Below, in pieces: positions 1 through 9,966 of a stretch of 41,119 bases of DNA (the stretch's first letter is position 1; every line of letters starts with the position of its first letter). The stretch lies in IMG/VR virus record IMGVR_UViG_3300043410_001642, positions 1 through 41,119 of that record, one strand, 5' to 3'. The notes below the pieces were generated by a model that was given only the letters and a program-made list of their open reading frames with translations, made no database searches and had not been told where the DNA came from. Source of the DNA: a virus. Its lineage: Duplodnaviria; Heunggongvirae; Uroviricota; Caudoviricetes. Position numbers and translations under genes: made by a program.

Positions 1-162
1 CATAGTTATTCTGAAAATCTAACTCTATGGGAGGAATTGTATGAAAACCATATGGATGGTTATTGGACATTAGCGAAAATCAATGAACAAAAGAGAATCG
101 CTGATAATTACAAAGAAGTAAAATCCAATAGAACCTCTCCTAAAAAAATTCTACAAAAATAG
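1..162 (+). CDS. 3' end of hypothetical protein (runs off window start)
   Basis: Frame 1 open from base 1 (HSYSENLTLWEELYENHMDGYW...KKILQK) to TAG at 160-162. Confidence 0.7.
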   Translation, partial: HSYSENLTLWEELYENHMDGYWTLAKINEQKRIADNYKEVKSNRTSPKKILQK

Positions 163-168
163 AGTTAA

Positions 169-232
169 AAATATTTGGAACTTAAAGAATTATTTCATAT
201 ATTTGTTTTAAGTTTTTGAGTTCCAAATATTT
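169..232. repeat. 14-bp perfect inverted repeat overlapping the SSB promoter
   Basis: AAATATTTGGAACT (169-182) is the exact reverse complement of AGTTCCAAATATTT (219-232). Confidence 0.85.
174..205 (+). promoter_or_regulatory. Bacteroidota-type housekeeping sigma promoter upstream of SSB
   Basis: TTTG 174-177, 20-nt spacer, TATATTTG 198-205 (consensus TTTG-N19/21-TAnnTTTG); second TATATTTG at 232-239. Confidence 0.75.
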
Positions 233-282
233 ATATTTGTAAAGCTTAAACTTTAATTTTTTAAAACTTAAATACATAAAAC

Positions 283-1164
283 ATGGCGACAAATTTAGAC
301 GCAATCAGAGCCCGTCTTAACAAATTGCAGGGCACACAAAAGACATCCGATTCTCTTTGGAAACCAACAGTCGGAAAACATCAACTTCGTTTAGTACCTT
401 ACAAATTCAACAAAGAAATTCCTTTCATTGAATTGTATTTCCACTACAACATCAACAACAAATCTTATTTATCTCCAGCTTCTTTCGGAAGACCTGACCC
501 TATTGTAGAGTTTGCTGACAAACTTAAAAGAATGGGGGGAAAGGAAGATTACCGCGAGGCTAAGAAAATGGAGCCAAAATTAAGAACATTTGTTCCAGTA
601 TTGGTTAGAGGATTGGAACACGAAGGTGTTAAATTTTGGGGATTCGGTAAGACCGTTTACCAAGAATTATTAGGTTATTTTGCAGACCCTGATTATGGTG
701 ATTTATCTCATCCGTTAAATGGTAGAGATATCGTAGTAGAATATACTGCACCAGAAGGTGGGGCTTCTTATCCAACAACAGGCATCAGAGTAAAACCTAA
801 CTCTACTAAATTGCACGATGAAGATGCTAAAATCAAAGATTTGTTGGAAAATCAAAAAGATATTACATCTATCTATTCTGAATTATCTTACGATGAGTTG
901 AAGAAGATTTTAGAGAATTGGTTAAGTGGTAACACAACCGAAGATACTGCAACTTCTGCGACACAAGAAACAATTGTTGCTAAATCTGAACAATCAGTAG
1001 CTGATTCTTTCGATTTTGATTCTAAACCACATCAATTAGATGATGTTGTAGAACAACCAGCGGCAAAACAACCAACATCTGAATTACCTTGGGATGATGA
1101 AAAACCAGCGGTAGCTAAAACTACTCAACAAGTAGCAGATGCATTCGAAGATTTATTCAAATAA
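283..1164 (+). CDS. single-stranded DNA-binding protein, T4 gp32-like
   Basis: LWKP..GK..LRLVP, FGK.VY..L, D.S.P..GRDI motifs; acidic low-complexity tail ending FEDLFK; first gene of replication block. Confidence 0.85.
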   Translation: MATNLDAIRARLNKLQGTQKTSDSLWKPTVGKHQLRLVPYKFNKEIPFIELYFHYNINNKSYLSPASFGRPDPIVEFADKLKRMGGKEDYREAKKMEPKLRTFVPVLVRGLEHEGVKFWGFGKTVYQELLGYFADPDYGDLSHPLNGRDIVVEYTAPEGGASYPTTGIRVKPNSTKLHDEDAKIKDLLENQKDITSIYSELSYDELKKILENWLSGNTTEDTATSATQETIVAKSEQSVADSFDFDSKPHQLDDVVEQPAAKQPTSELPWDDEKPAVAKTTQQVADAFEDLFK

Positions 1165-1172
1165 TATAGATT

Positions 1173-2291
1173 ATGGCAAAAAATGATTTAGCAGACATTT
1201 TGGTTGATAGTCTGAATAAGAAACAAAAAGACCAAAAAATCGCCTTCTATTTAGATGATGATTCGGAAGGAGCACCAACCAATGTAAATGGATGGATTTC
1301 AACCGGAGCAGCGATGTTAGATGTTGCTATTTCTAACCGACCATATGGTGGTATTCCAGTAGGAAGAATTACCGAACTAACGGGTTTAGAGCAGAGTGGT
1401 AAATCATTACTATCTGCTCACCTTTTAGCGGAAACTCAAAAGCAAGGTGGTATTGCAGTATTAATTGATACTGAAACTGCGGTGAGTAGAGAATTCTTTG
1501 ATGCAATCGGAGTAGATGTATCTAAACTATTGTATGTAAGTGTTGATACAGTAGAAGATATCTTTGAAACAATTGAAACCATTATTGAAAAGGTTAGAGA
1601 AAAGGATGCACAAAAATTGGTAACAATCGTAGTGGATTCGGTAGCAGCAGCATCTACTAAGAAAGAGATGGAGGCTGATTATGATAAAGATGGTTATGCA
1701 ACTGATAAGGCAATCATCATATCAAAGGCAATGAGAAAAATTACCAACACAATTGGTAGACAAAAAATTGCAGTTATTTTCACAAACCAACTTCGTCAAA
1801 AATTAGGTGTGATGTTCGGTGACCCTTGGACAACAAGTGGTGGTAAAGCATTAGCATTCCACGCTTCAGTTCGCTTAAGATTAAAGAATGTTGGGCAAAT
1901 CAAAATGAAGGTTGGTGGAAGTGATAAAGTAGTAGGTATTTCAGTAAGAGCACAAGTTGTTAAAAACCGATTAGGGCCACCATTGCGTTCAGCGGATTTC
2001 GATATCTTCTTTGATAGGGGTATTGATAATTACGGAAGTTGGTTGACGGTAATGAAGGAAAACAAATTGGTTAAACAAGGTGGTGCATGGTATGAATATA
2101 CCGATACCGATACCGGTGAAGTAATCAAATTCCAATCTAAAGATTTCATTAAGATGATGATGGATAATGAGGAATTAAGAGAGCAAATTTACAAAAGAAT
2201 TTGTGAACTAACAATTCTTCAATATAAGAAAGATACTTATGATATCGACAATATGGAAGTTGATAGTGCATTACCAAATGAGGTAGAATAA
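1173..2291 (+). CDS. uvsX: RecA/UvsX recombinase
   Basis: ISTG...LD, GRITELTGLEQSGKS (Walker A), IVVDSVAA (Walker B), IFTNQLR, TTSGGKALAFHASVRL, VVKNRLGPP. Confidence 0.95.
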   Translation: MAKNDLADILVDSLNKKQKDQKIAFYLDDDSEGAPTNVNGWISTGAAMLDVAISNRPYGGIPVGRITELTGLEQSGKSLLSAHLLAETQKQGGIAVLIDTETAVSREFFDAIGVDVSKLLYVSVDTVEDIFETIETIIEKVREKDAQKLVTIVVDSVAAASTKKEMEADYDKDGYATDKAIIISKAMRKITNTIGRQKIAVIFTNQLRQKLGVMFGDPWTTSGGKALAFHASVRLRLKNVGQIKMKVGGSDKVVGISVRAQVVKNRLGPPLRSADFDIFFDRGIDNYGSWLTVMKENKLVKQGGAWYEYTDTDTGEVIKFQSKDFIKMMMDNEELREQIYKRICELTILQYKKDTYDIDNMEVDSALPNEVE

Positions 2292-3019
2292 TGAATAAAC
2301 TATGGATATTTGGTGATTCATATTCAACATATAATAGAGAGAGGCAGGCTGATGGAGTTTGCCTCTCCATTTATAGTGAAGTTGCTAATCACTTAAATTT
2401 ACAAGAAGAAAATCACGCTATATCAGGAGTTGGTTCTCATGATATATTCACTAATATATTAAAGAAATTGCCTGAATATAAATCGGGTGATGTTATTATA
2501 TTTCAATTATCGTTTTTGAATAGGGTTTCTTATTTGGATAAATTGGAATATAGAACATTGAATGAACATGAGAATAAATTATTTTCTCATGGTAAATCTT
2601 TATTTCTACACCCTCAATTTTATCATAGCACTAAAAGAAAATTGGATGATTTTGAAGTTGAAAAACTATCAAAATTCATGAGAGATATTGATGATAATAT
2701 GTTGGATTATTATTTTAAATTCTTAATTCAAGTAAAGTATATCATTTCATTTTTGGAATCAATTGGGGTGGATATGAGAATTATTTTATTAGAAGATAAA
2801 AATTTAAAATACAATTCTTCTATTGATATGACGGTTTTAAACTTAATTGATGATTTAGATATAGGTCATAAACTTATTAAATTCAATGGTAAGTATGATT
2901 TAATGGCATCTCCTAATTACAAAGAAGAAGGAGAATATGAATACCATCATTTCAGTTTAGAAACAATTTTAAAATATTCGGAAGATATAAAAACAAACTT
3001 TAATGAACGACAAGTATAA
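2291..3019 (+). CDS. SGNH/GDSL-hydrolase-like hypothetical protein
   Basis: N-terminal LWIFGDSYS and NHAISGVGS blocks, C-terminal HHFS. Confidence 0.5.
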   Translation: MNKLWIFGDSYSTYNRERQADGVCLSIYSEVANHLNLQEENHAISGVGSHDIFTNILKKLPEYKSGDVIIFQLSFLNRVSYLDKLEYRTLNEHENKLFSHGKSLFLHPQFYHSTKRKLDDFEVEKLSKFMRDIDDNMLDYYFKFLIQVKYIISFLESIGVDMRIILLEDKNLKYNSSIDMTVLNLIDDLDIGHKLIKFNGKYDLMASPNYKEEGEYEYHHFSLETILKYSEDIKTNFNERQV

Positions 3020-4037
3020 AAGTTTACTGAAAGAGATGGATAAAGAACATTCTATTGTTAGAACCAGAAATTCAAAGGTTCTATTCATAGATGGACTTAA
3101 TACATTTTTTAGATGTTGGAGCACAAATCCAACGATGAATGAAGATGGGGATCATGTAGGAGGAGTTGTTGGATTTCTAAAGTCAATAGGAATGGTTATA
3201 CGACAAGAGAACCCAACAAGAGTAGTTGTTATATTTGATGGAAAGGGTGGTTCTCAAAAGAGAAGACAAACTTTTTCAAATTACAAAGCAGATAGAAAAG
3301 TTAAGTTCAGAGTAAATCGTCAATATGATGATATGATGAGTGAAGAAGATGAACAACTTTCATTAAAAAGACAAATAAGTTGGTTGGGTAATATATTAAG
3401 TATTTTGCCAGTAACCACTATGGTATATGATAATATTGAAGCAGATGATGTTATTGGTTATTTATCTAAACAAGTAATAACTGAAGATGAAAATGCTTTA
3501 ATACTTTCATCTGATAAAGATTTTTTACAATTAGTATCAGATAATGTAAATGTTTGGAATCCTCTTAAAAAGGAAAAGATTACAAAAGAAAGATTGGTAG
3601 AATTATATGGAATTCATCCTGAAAACTTTATTTGGTATAGAGTATTAGATGGTGATAAATCTGATAATATTGATGGAGTAAAAGGATGCGGATTAAAAAC
3701 TTTACAAAAAAGATTACCTTTATTCGAAGGAGATAAAAGAGTTACGATAGAGGAACTATTACAGGCAGCGGAAGCTGAAAAAGATAAATACAAAGTTTTT
3801 CAAACTATTATAGATAGTAAAAAAATTATTGAAAGAAATTTTGATTTAATGCAATTGGATAATCCTGATATAAGTGGAACTACTAAATTAAAAATAATTG
3901 ACAAATTTAGAGAGCAGGTAGAACCAATGGATAAGATGAAATTTATTGGTATGGGTATGAAGTATAAGATATTACAAAATTGGACTGATGTAAATGATTG
4001 GTTACGAAGTTCATTTGGTAATTTAATCTTAAAATAA
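3003..4037 (+). CDS. 5'-3' exonuclease / flap endonuclease (T4 RNase H, PolA-N-like)
   Basis: IDGLNTFFR, VVIFDG, YKADR, EADDVIG, LSSDKDFLQL, GDKSDNIDGVKGCGLKT. Confidence 0.93.
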   Translation: MNDKYKSLLKEMDKEHSIVRTRNSKVLFIDGLNTFFRCWSTNPTMNEDGDHVGGVVGFLKSIGMVIRQENPTRVVVIFDGKGGSQKRRQTFSNYKADRKVKFRVNRQYDDMMSEEDEQLSLKRQISWLGNILSILPVTTMVYDNIEADDVIGYLSKQVITEDENALILSSDKDFLQLVSDNVNVWNPLKKEKITKERLVELYGIHPENFIWYRVLDGDKSDNIDGVKGCGLKTLQKRLPLFEGDKRVTIEELLQAAEAEKDKYKVFQTIIDSKKIIERNFDLMQLDNPDISGTTKLKIIDKFREQVEPMDKMKFIGMGMKYKILQNWTDVNDWLRSSFGNLILK

Positions 4038-4069
4038 TTTGGAAATTAATAAATAATATTTTATATTTG
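4038..4069 (+). promoter_or_regulatory. Bacteroidota-type promoter upstream of helicase
   Basis: TTTG 4038-4041, 20-nt spacer, TATATTTG 4062-4069. Confidence 0.75.
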
Positions 4070-4073
4070 AGGT

Positions 4074-5435
4074 ATGAGTGAAAATGTAGATAATTTATCA
4101 AAATACGGGCAGAGTTATCAAACGAAGGTTGTATCTAATTTGGTCGTTGATAGACCATTCTTAGAGCAGGTATCTGATATTTTGGAAACAAAGTATTTCG
4201 AATCTGATACTAATAAATGGATTGTTGATGTAACTAAACGATATTTTCACAAATACAAAAATATTCCAACTACCGATTATTTTAAAACTGAAGTTCAAAC
4301 CATATCTGATAATACATTACAACAAAATGTATTACAACAATTAAAAGCGGTATATCAAAACACTGCTCACTCTGATAGAGAATGGGTTAAATCTGAATTC
4401 GTAACTTTTTGTAAAAATCAAAACTTTAAAAATGTAATTCTTAATTCAGTAGAGTTATTAAAAACCGGTCAATTTGAGAAGATTGAAAAGATGGTTAAGG
4501 ATGCGGTTAAAGTTGGTCAAACTAATGATTTAGGTTTGGATTACAAAGAAGAAATTGAAGTTCGCTTTGAAGAAGTAAATAGAAGAACAGTTGGAACGAG
4601 TTGGGAGGTAATTGATGAATTGATGGATGGTGGCTTAGGGCCAGGTGAATTGGGAGTAGTTGTTGCACCATCTGGAATTGGTAAAACTTGGGTATTGGCA
4701 TCATTAGGTGCAGCAGCGGTTAAAGCAGGAAAGAATGTATTACACTATACTTTAGAACTTACACAAAACTATGTAGGTCAAAGATATGATACTATATTTA
4801 CTTCAATTCCATCTGCTGATTTGAAAGAGAATAAAGAAGAAATCAAAGAAAAGGTTGGTAGATTAAAAGGTGGATTGATGATTAAATATTACCCACCAAA
4901 AGGTATCACTGCTAATACAATTGCAGCACATGTTGATATGGTTAGACAGACTAAATTCCAACCCGATTTAATTATTATAGATTATGCGGATTTATTAGTT
5001 TCTACTAATTCAAAGAACAATTCTGATTATGCAGAGCAAGGTGGTATCTATATTGATTTAAGAGCTTTGAGTGGTGAATATCAAATTCCAATTTGGACAG
5101 CATCTCAAACAAATAGAAGTGCAATTGATTCGGAAGTAATTCAGGCAGATAAGATTGCAGATTCATATGCAAAAGTTATGAATGCCGATTTCATTATATC
5201 AGTTAGTAGAAAAGATGCGGATAAATTAAACAACACTGCTCGATTCCATGTTATGAAGAATAGATTTGGGCAAGATGGTTTAACATTCCCTGCAAAGATG
5301 GATACTAACAAAGGTATTATTGAGGTTTACTCTTCTACATCTCCGAATGGTATAATTACACAAAAAGAATCTAAGAACGGAGAGTTATTACAAAAACAAT
5401 TACTTCATAAGAAGTATGTAGAAAATATGGGATAA
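4074..5435 (+). CDS. replicative DNA helicase, DnaB/T4 gp41 family
   Basis: GELGVVVAPSGIGKT Walker A, HYTLEL, IIIDYADLL Walker B, WTASQTNR, KNRFG. Confidence 0.93.
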   Translation: MSENVDNLSKYGQSYQTKVVSNLVVDRPFLEQVSDILETKYFESDTNKWIVDVTKRYFHKYKNIPTTDYFKTEVQTISDNTLQQNVLQQLKAVYQNTAHSDREWVKSEFVTFCKNQNFKNVILNSVELLKTGQFEKIEKMVKDAVKVGQTNDLGLDYKEEIEVRFEEVNRRTVGTSWEVIDELMDGGLGPGELGVVVAPSGIGKTWVLASLGAAAVKAGKNVLHYTLELTQNYVGQRYDTIFTSIPSADLKENKEEIKEKVGRLKGGLMIKYYPPKGITANTIAAHVDMVRQTKFQPDLIIIDYADLLVSTNSKNNSDYAEQGGIYIDLRALSGEYQIPIWTASQTNRSAIDSEVIQADKIADSYAKVMNADFIISVSRKDADKLNNTARFHVMKNRFGQDGLTFPAKMDTNKGIIEVYSSTSPNGIITQKESKNGELLQKQLLHKKYVENMG

Positions 5436-5436
5436 T

Positions 5437-5712
5437 ATGAATAAATTAGAAATAGTAGATGAGGTATGTGCTGGTATGGCAATATTAGATTATTTTGATG
5501 ATGCTATTATTGGATATGATGTATCTACTAAAAGAATTGTATATGATTGGAAAATGATGGTTGATATTTTAATCAAAGACCATAGTTTGAACATTCAGGA
5601 AGCGGAAGAATATATCGAATATAATATTCTATCATTACACCTAACAAATGATAATGGTGATAATATAACTCCTATTATTTTTGATAAATTTTATTATGAT
5701 GATAAACTATAA
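5437..5712 (+). CDS. small acidic hypothetical protein
   Basis: 91-aa ORF tightly packed between helicase and methyltransferase; DDAIIG..IVYD..EA.EYIEYNI pattern. Confidence 0.65.
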   Translation: MNKLEIVDEVCAGMAILDYFDDAIIGYDVSTKRIVYDWKMMVDILIKDHSLNIQEAEEYIEYNILSLHLTNDNGDNITPIIFDKFYYDDKL

Positions 5713-6757
5713 TACTTTTGCAAAGTTTATAGAATGGGATGAATTGGATTTAGAATACGAAAGAGTTACTCAAAATATAAAAGATATAGAAAATGTTACA
5801 GAAGCATTGGATATAATCTTTAGATATCATAGAAGAAAAGGATTTCCACATTACCATTCTACAACCGATAGTAAGGTTAGTGATATGAAAGCACTATCCG
5901 AATTCGATGAATCTGGTATATTCAGAGATGGATATATTGACCAAACTATGCATTGCTTAGGTTTAGCATGGAGTTATTTTCCACATTGGGTAGATGTTCA
6001 ATGTGGTAATAGTAAAATGAGACCAATTGATTATTGGAATGATGATACTAAATTAAAAGAGATTATACGAAAGACTTGGAATTGGCATCTTAAGCATAGT
6101 GATGGTAAATTTACTTTAAATCGTTTAAGACAAAATTTTAAAATATACGGAGGTAATCAGACGGTTAGTAATTTCAGACCATCTGCTGCCAAATGGATTT
6201 ACAATACATATGGTGGAGAAACTATATGGGATATGAGTTGTGGATGGGGAGGAAGATTGATTGGATTCTTAACAAGTAATTGTAAAACATATATAGGAAC
6301 TGACCCATCGGAAAAAACTTACGAAGGGTTGTTACGATTAAATAAAGAATTGAATTTTTACGGAAAAAATGTCATACTCCATAAAATGGGTTCTGAAGTA
6401 TTTGTTCCGGAAAAAGAATCATTAGATTTATGTTTTACATCTCCTCCTTATTTTGATACTGAAAAGTATAGTGAAGAGGATACACAATCGTATAAAAAGT
6501 TTCCTACTCCTCATTTATGGGTAGAGGGATTCTTAAAACAAACTATGGCAAATTGTCATATTGGGTTGAAGAAAGAAGGAAAATTATTATTGAATATAGC
6601 AAATACGCCTAAGCATAAAGAAATAGAAACTGAAACTATTAGAGTAGCAAACGAAGTTGGATTTACTTTGGATAAAACTATAAAACTTGCACTATCTTCT
6701 ATTGCTGGAAAGGGTATTAAATATGAACCAATATTCATTTTTAGCAAGAAAAACTAA
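5696..6757 (+). CDS. amino (N4-C/N6-A) DNA methyltransferase-like protein 1
   Basis: DMSCGWGGRL (motif I), YIGTDP, FTSPPYFDTEKY (motif IV); start moved from TTG 5681 to ATG 5696. Confidence 0.8.
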   Translation: MMINYNTFAKFIEWDELDLEYERVTQNIKDIENVTEALDIIFRYHRRKGFPHYHSTTDSKVSDMKALSEFDESGIFRDGYIDQTMHCLGLAWSYFPHWVDVQCGNSKMRPIDYWNDDTKLKEIIRKTWNWHLKHSDGKFTLNRLRQNFKIYGGNQTVSNFRPSAAKWIYNTYGGETIWDMSCGWGGRLIGFLTSNCKTYIGTDPSEKTYEGLLRLNKELNFYGKNVILHKMGSEVFVPEKESLDLCFTSPPYFDTEKYSEEDTQSYKKFPTPHLWVEGFLKQTMANCHIGLKKEGKLLLNIANTPKHKEIETETIRVANEVGFTLDKTIKLALSSIAGKGIKYEPIFIFSKKN

Positions 6758-6859
6758 AGAAAAAATAGGGTAAAAAAATTTCTAAAGAACCACAAATTTT
6801 TTACAATATATATCCTATTTATTCTTACCTATTAAGAAACAAAAAGTGAAGTTTTAGAA

Positions 6860-7873
6860 ATGAGCAAATTATTTACAGAAAGAATTCCATTTAAGCCGTT
6901 TGAATATCCAGAGTATTATACGGAGGGATGGTTAAAGCAAATGCAGGCGTTTTGGTTACATACCGAAATTCCGATGCAGATGGATGTTAAGGATTGGAAT
7001 GAGAATTTAAGTGAATCAGAAAAGCATTTAGTGGGAAATATCCTTTTAGGATTTGCACAAACTGAATGTGCGGTTTCTGATTATTGGACAGGAATGGTTA
7101 CTAAATGGTTTCCAAAGCATGAGATTAAACAAATGGCAATGGCATTTGGTTCTCAGGAAACAATCCATTCAATTGCATATTCGTATTTAAACGAAACATT
7201 AGGATTAGAAGATTTTGAAGGATTCTTGCACGATGAGGCAATGAAGGAAAGATTTGAATTATTAACTAATACAACTGCTGATTGGACTCCAATTGATTTG
7301 ATGAAGAACAAAAAAGCAAGAATTGAAGTTGCTCGTTCATTAGCAATCTTTTCGGCGTTTGCTGAAGGTGTTGCATTATATTCATCATTTGCTGTATTAT
7401 ATTCTTTCCAAATGAGAAACTTATTGAAGGGAATTGGTCAACAAATGAAATGGAGTGTTAGAGATGAATCCTTACACTCAAAGATGGGTTGTCAATTATT
7501 CAGACATATGTGTGTAGAATATCCAGAATTATTGGAAGAAGCAAAAGAGGATATTTACAAAGCAGCGAAAATCATCATTGATTTAGAACATAAATTCATT
7601 GATAAGATTTTTGAAATGGGTGATTTAGAAAATTTGAAAAAAGAAGATTTAAAACATTTCATCTCCAAAAGAGTTAATGAAAAATTGGGAGAATTAGGAT
7701 ATAACCCAATACCTGGCGGTGATGATTATTTTGAATTTAATGATAAAAAAGCATCTCAATTAGATTGGTTCTACCATTTGACTGGTGGAGTAACTCATAC
7801 CGATTTCTTTGCAATCAGACCTACTGATTATTCAAAAGCGGGAGAGGGTGAGAATTGGGATGATATATTTTAA
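6860..7873 (+). CDS. nrdB: ribonucleotide reductase class I beta subunit
   Basis: KPFEYP, FW...E, ETIHSIAY, EGVALYSSF, RDESLH, TDFF..RPTDY. Confidence 0.95.
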   Translation: MSKLFTERIPFKPFEYPEYYTEGWLKQMQAFWLHTEIPMQMDVKDWNENLSESEKHLVGNILLGFAQTECAVSDYWTGMVTKWFPKHEIKQMAMAFGSQETIHSIAYSYLNETLGLEDFEGFLHDEAMKERFELLTNTTADWTPIDLMKNKKARIEVARSLAIFSAFAEGVALYSSFAVLYSFQMRNLLKGIGQQMKWSVRDESLHSKMGCQLFRHMCVEYPELLEEAKEDIYKAAKIIIDLEHKFIDKIFEMGDLENLKKEDLKHFISKRVNEKLGELGYNPIPGGDDYFEFNDKKASQLDWFYHLTGGVTHTDFFAIRPTDYSKAGEGENWDDIF

Positions 7874-7894
7874 TAACAACGAACTTATAGAATT

Positions 7895-9676
7895 ATGAAG
7901 AACTACGGCGAAGATTTCGGGTGGGAGGTAGATGTGGATTTCCCATCATGGGGAAACAATGAGATATATGTGAAAACTATATCTAAAACTTATTTGCAAG
8001 CAGGTGAGAAACCGAAAGATGCGTATTGGAGAGTTGCTACGGCAGTTGCTAAAAGATTGGATAAACCACAATTGGCAACGAAATTTTTTGATTACATTTG
8101 GAAAGGATGGTTGTGTTTAGCAACTCCGGTATTATCAAACACAGGAACGGATAGAGGATTACCTATCAGTTGTTTTGGAATTGATGTAGGTGATAGTATC
8201 TATGAAATTGGTAATAAGAACTTAGAATTGATGTTATTGGCAAAGCATGGCGGTGGTGTTGGTATTGGAATCAATATGATACGACCTGCGGGCTCTAAAA
8301 TTACAGGTAATGGAACAAGTGATGGTATTATACCATTTGCTAAGATATACGATTCTACGATACTCGCAACGAATCAGGGCAGTGTTAGAAGAGGTGCAGC
8401 ATCGGTGAACATTAAAATTGAACACAAAGACTTTGATGATTTCTTAGAGATTAGAGAACCAAAGGGTGATGTGAATAGACAATCTCTAAACCTACATCAG
8501 TGTGTAGTGGTTAGTGATAGATTTATGAAGAAGTTGGAAGAAGGTGATAGTGAAGCAAGAAGAAAGTGGGGTAAATTATTACAAAAGAGAAAAGCAACCG
8601 GAGAACCATATATTATGTATAAGGGTAATGTAAACAAACAAAACCCTGAAATGTATAAGAAAAACGGATTGAAAGTGCATATGACTAACATTTGTTCTGA
8701 AATCGTTTTACATACCGATGAGCAACATTCATTCGTTTGTTGTTTATCTTCTTTAAACTTAGCTAAATACGATGAGTGGAAAGATACGGATTTAGTTTAT
8801 ACATCAACAATATTCTTAGATGGTGTATTAGAAGAATTCATCCAAAGAGCTAAGAACTTAAAGGGATTTGAGAATTCAGTTCGTTCAGCAGAAAGAGGTA
8901 GAGCATTAGGATTGGGTGTATTAGGATGGCATACTTACTTACAACAAAAAGGATTACCATTTGAAGGTTTACAAGCTCAATTTGAAACTCGTAAGATTTT
9001 CTCTGGAATTAAGATTGAATCTGAAAGAGCAAGTAGAGATTTGGCAAACGAATATGGAGAACCATTATGGTGTAGAGAAAGTGGTTTGAGAAATACTCAC
9101 TTAAGAGCAGTAGCACCAACAGTATCTAACTCTAAATTGAGTGGTAATGTTAGTAGTGGTATTGAACCATGGGCAGCAAATGTATTTACGGAACAAACTT
9201 CAAAAGGAACATTCATTAGAAAGAATCCTGAATTAGAAAGAGTGTTAAGAAAAATCGGAAAGAACAATAAAGAAGTTTGGGATAAGATTTTAGAAGACGG
9301 TGGTTCGGTGCAAGGATTAGAGTTCTTAGATGAGTGGTGTTTTTTAGATGGTAAATTAGTTGAGTGTTCTGAAGTAACTGAAGAATCTCACAAAGGTAGA
9401 TGTAATTCAGTTAAGGATGTATTTAAAACATTCAAAGAAATTAACCAATTGGATTTAGTAAGACAAGCAGGTGTAAGACAACAATATATTGACCAGGCAG
9501 TTTCTCTTAATTTGGCATTTCCTGCAACGGCAGAACCAAAATGGATTAATCAAGTTCATATGGAAGCGTGGAAGCAAGGTGTTAAAACACTTTATTATAT
9601 GAGAACTGAATCGGTATTAAGAGGAGATATTGCACAAAAGGCAATGGATCCAGAATGTGTAAGTTGTGAAGGATAA
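7895..9676 (+). CDS. nrdA: ribonucleotide reductase class I alpha subunit, short form with no evident ATP cone
   Basis: ATPVLSN, PISCF, TNICSEI (N-x-C-x-E), CCLSSLNL, AVAPT, LYY, C-terminal CVSCEG. Confidence 0.95.
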   Translation: MKNYGEDFGWEVDVDFPSWGNNEIYVKTISKTYLQAGEKPKDAYWRVATAVAKRLDKPQLATKFFDYIWKGWLCLATPVLSNTGTDRGLPISCFGIDVGDSIYEIGNKNLELMLLAKHGGGVGIGINMIRPAGSKITGNGTSDGIIPFAKIYDSTILATNQGSVRRGAASVNIKIEHKDFDDFLEIREPKGDVNRQSLNLHQCVVVSDRFMKKLEEGDSEARRKWGKLLQKRKATGEPYIMYKGNVNKQNPEMYKKNGLKVHMTNICSEIVLHTDEQHSFVCCLSSLNLAKYDEWKDTDLVYTSTIFLDGVLEEFIQRAKNLKGFENSVRSAERGRALGLGVLGWHTYLQQKGLPFEGLQAQFETRKIFSGIKIESERASRDLANEYGEPLWCRESGLRNTHLRAVAPTVSNSKLSGNVSSGIEPWAANVFTEQTSKGTFIRKNPELERVLRKIGKNNKEVWDKILEDGGSVQGLEFLDEWCFLDGKLVECSEVTEESHKGRCNSVKDVFKTFKEINQLDLVRQAGVRQQYIDQAVSLNLAFPATAEPKWINQVHMEAWKQGVKTLYYMRTESVLRGDIAQKAMDPECVSCEG

Positions 9677-9699
9677 TAATTAAAATAAAAGAAAAAGAT

Positions 9700-9960
9700 A
9701 TGGTAACAGTTAAAAAATTTAGTGCAAGTTGGTGTGGCCCTTGCAAAACTCTTAAACCAATGTTTGAAGAGGTAAAAGCCGGATTTACAAATGTAGTATT
9801 TGAAGATGTGGATGTTGATGAGAATTTTGAATTAGCATCTAAATACGGAGTTCGTTCAGTTCCGACTGTTGTAATTGAAAATAATGGGGTTGAAGTAGGT
9901 AGATTTACCGGTGTTCAATCTAAGATGGCTTATACTAACGCTATTAACGAAAATCTTTAA
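9700..9960 (+). CDS. trxA: thioredoxin
   Basis: FSASWCGPCK active site, VRSVPT; follows nrdA. Confidence 0.92.
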   Translation: MVTVKKFSASWCGPCKTLKPMFEEVKAGFTNVVFEDVDVDENFELASKYGVRSVPTVVIENNGVEVGRFTGVQSKMAYTNAINENL

Positions 9961-9966
9961 TTTTTA

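Noticed and set aside
6801-6816. NrdR-box-like CAATATATAT upstream of nrdB
   Set aside because: Imperfect, low complexity, and NrdR is reported to be generally absent from Bacteroidota
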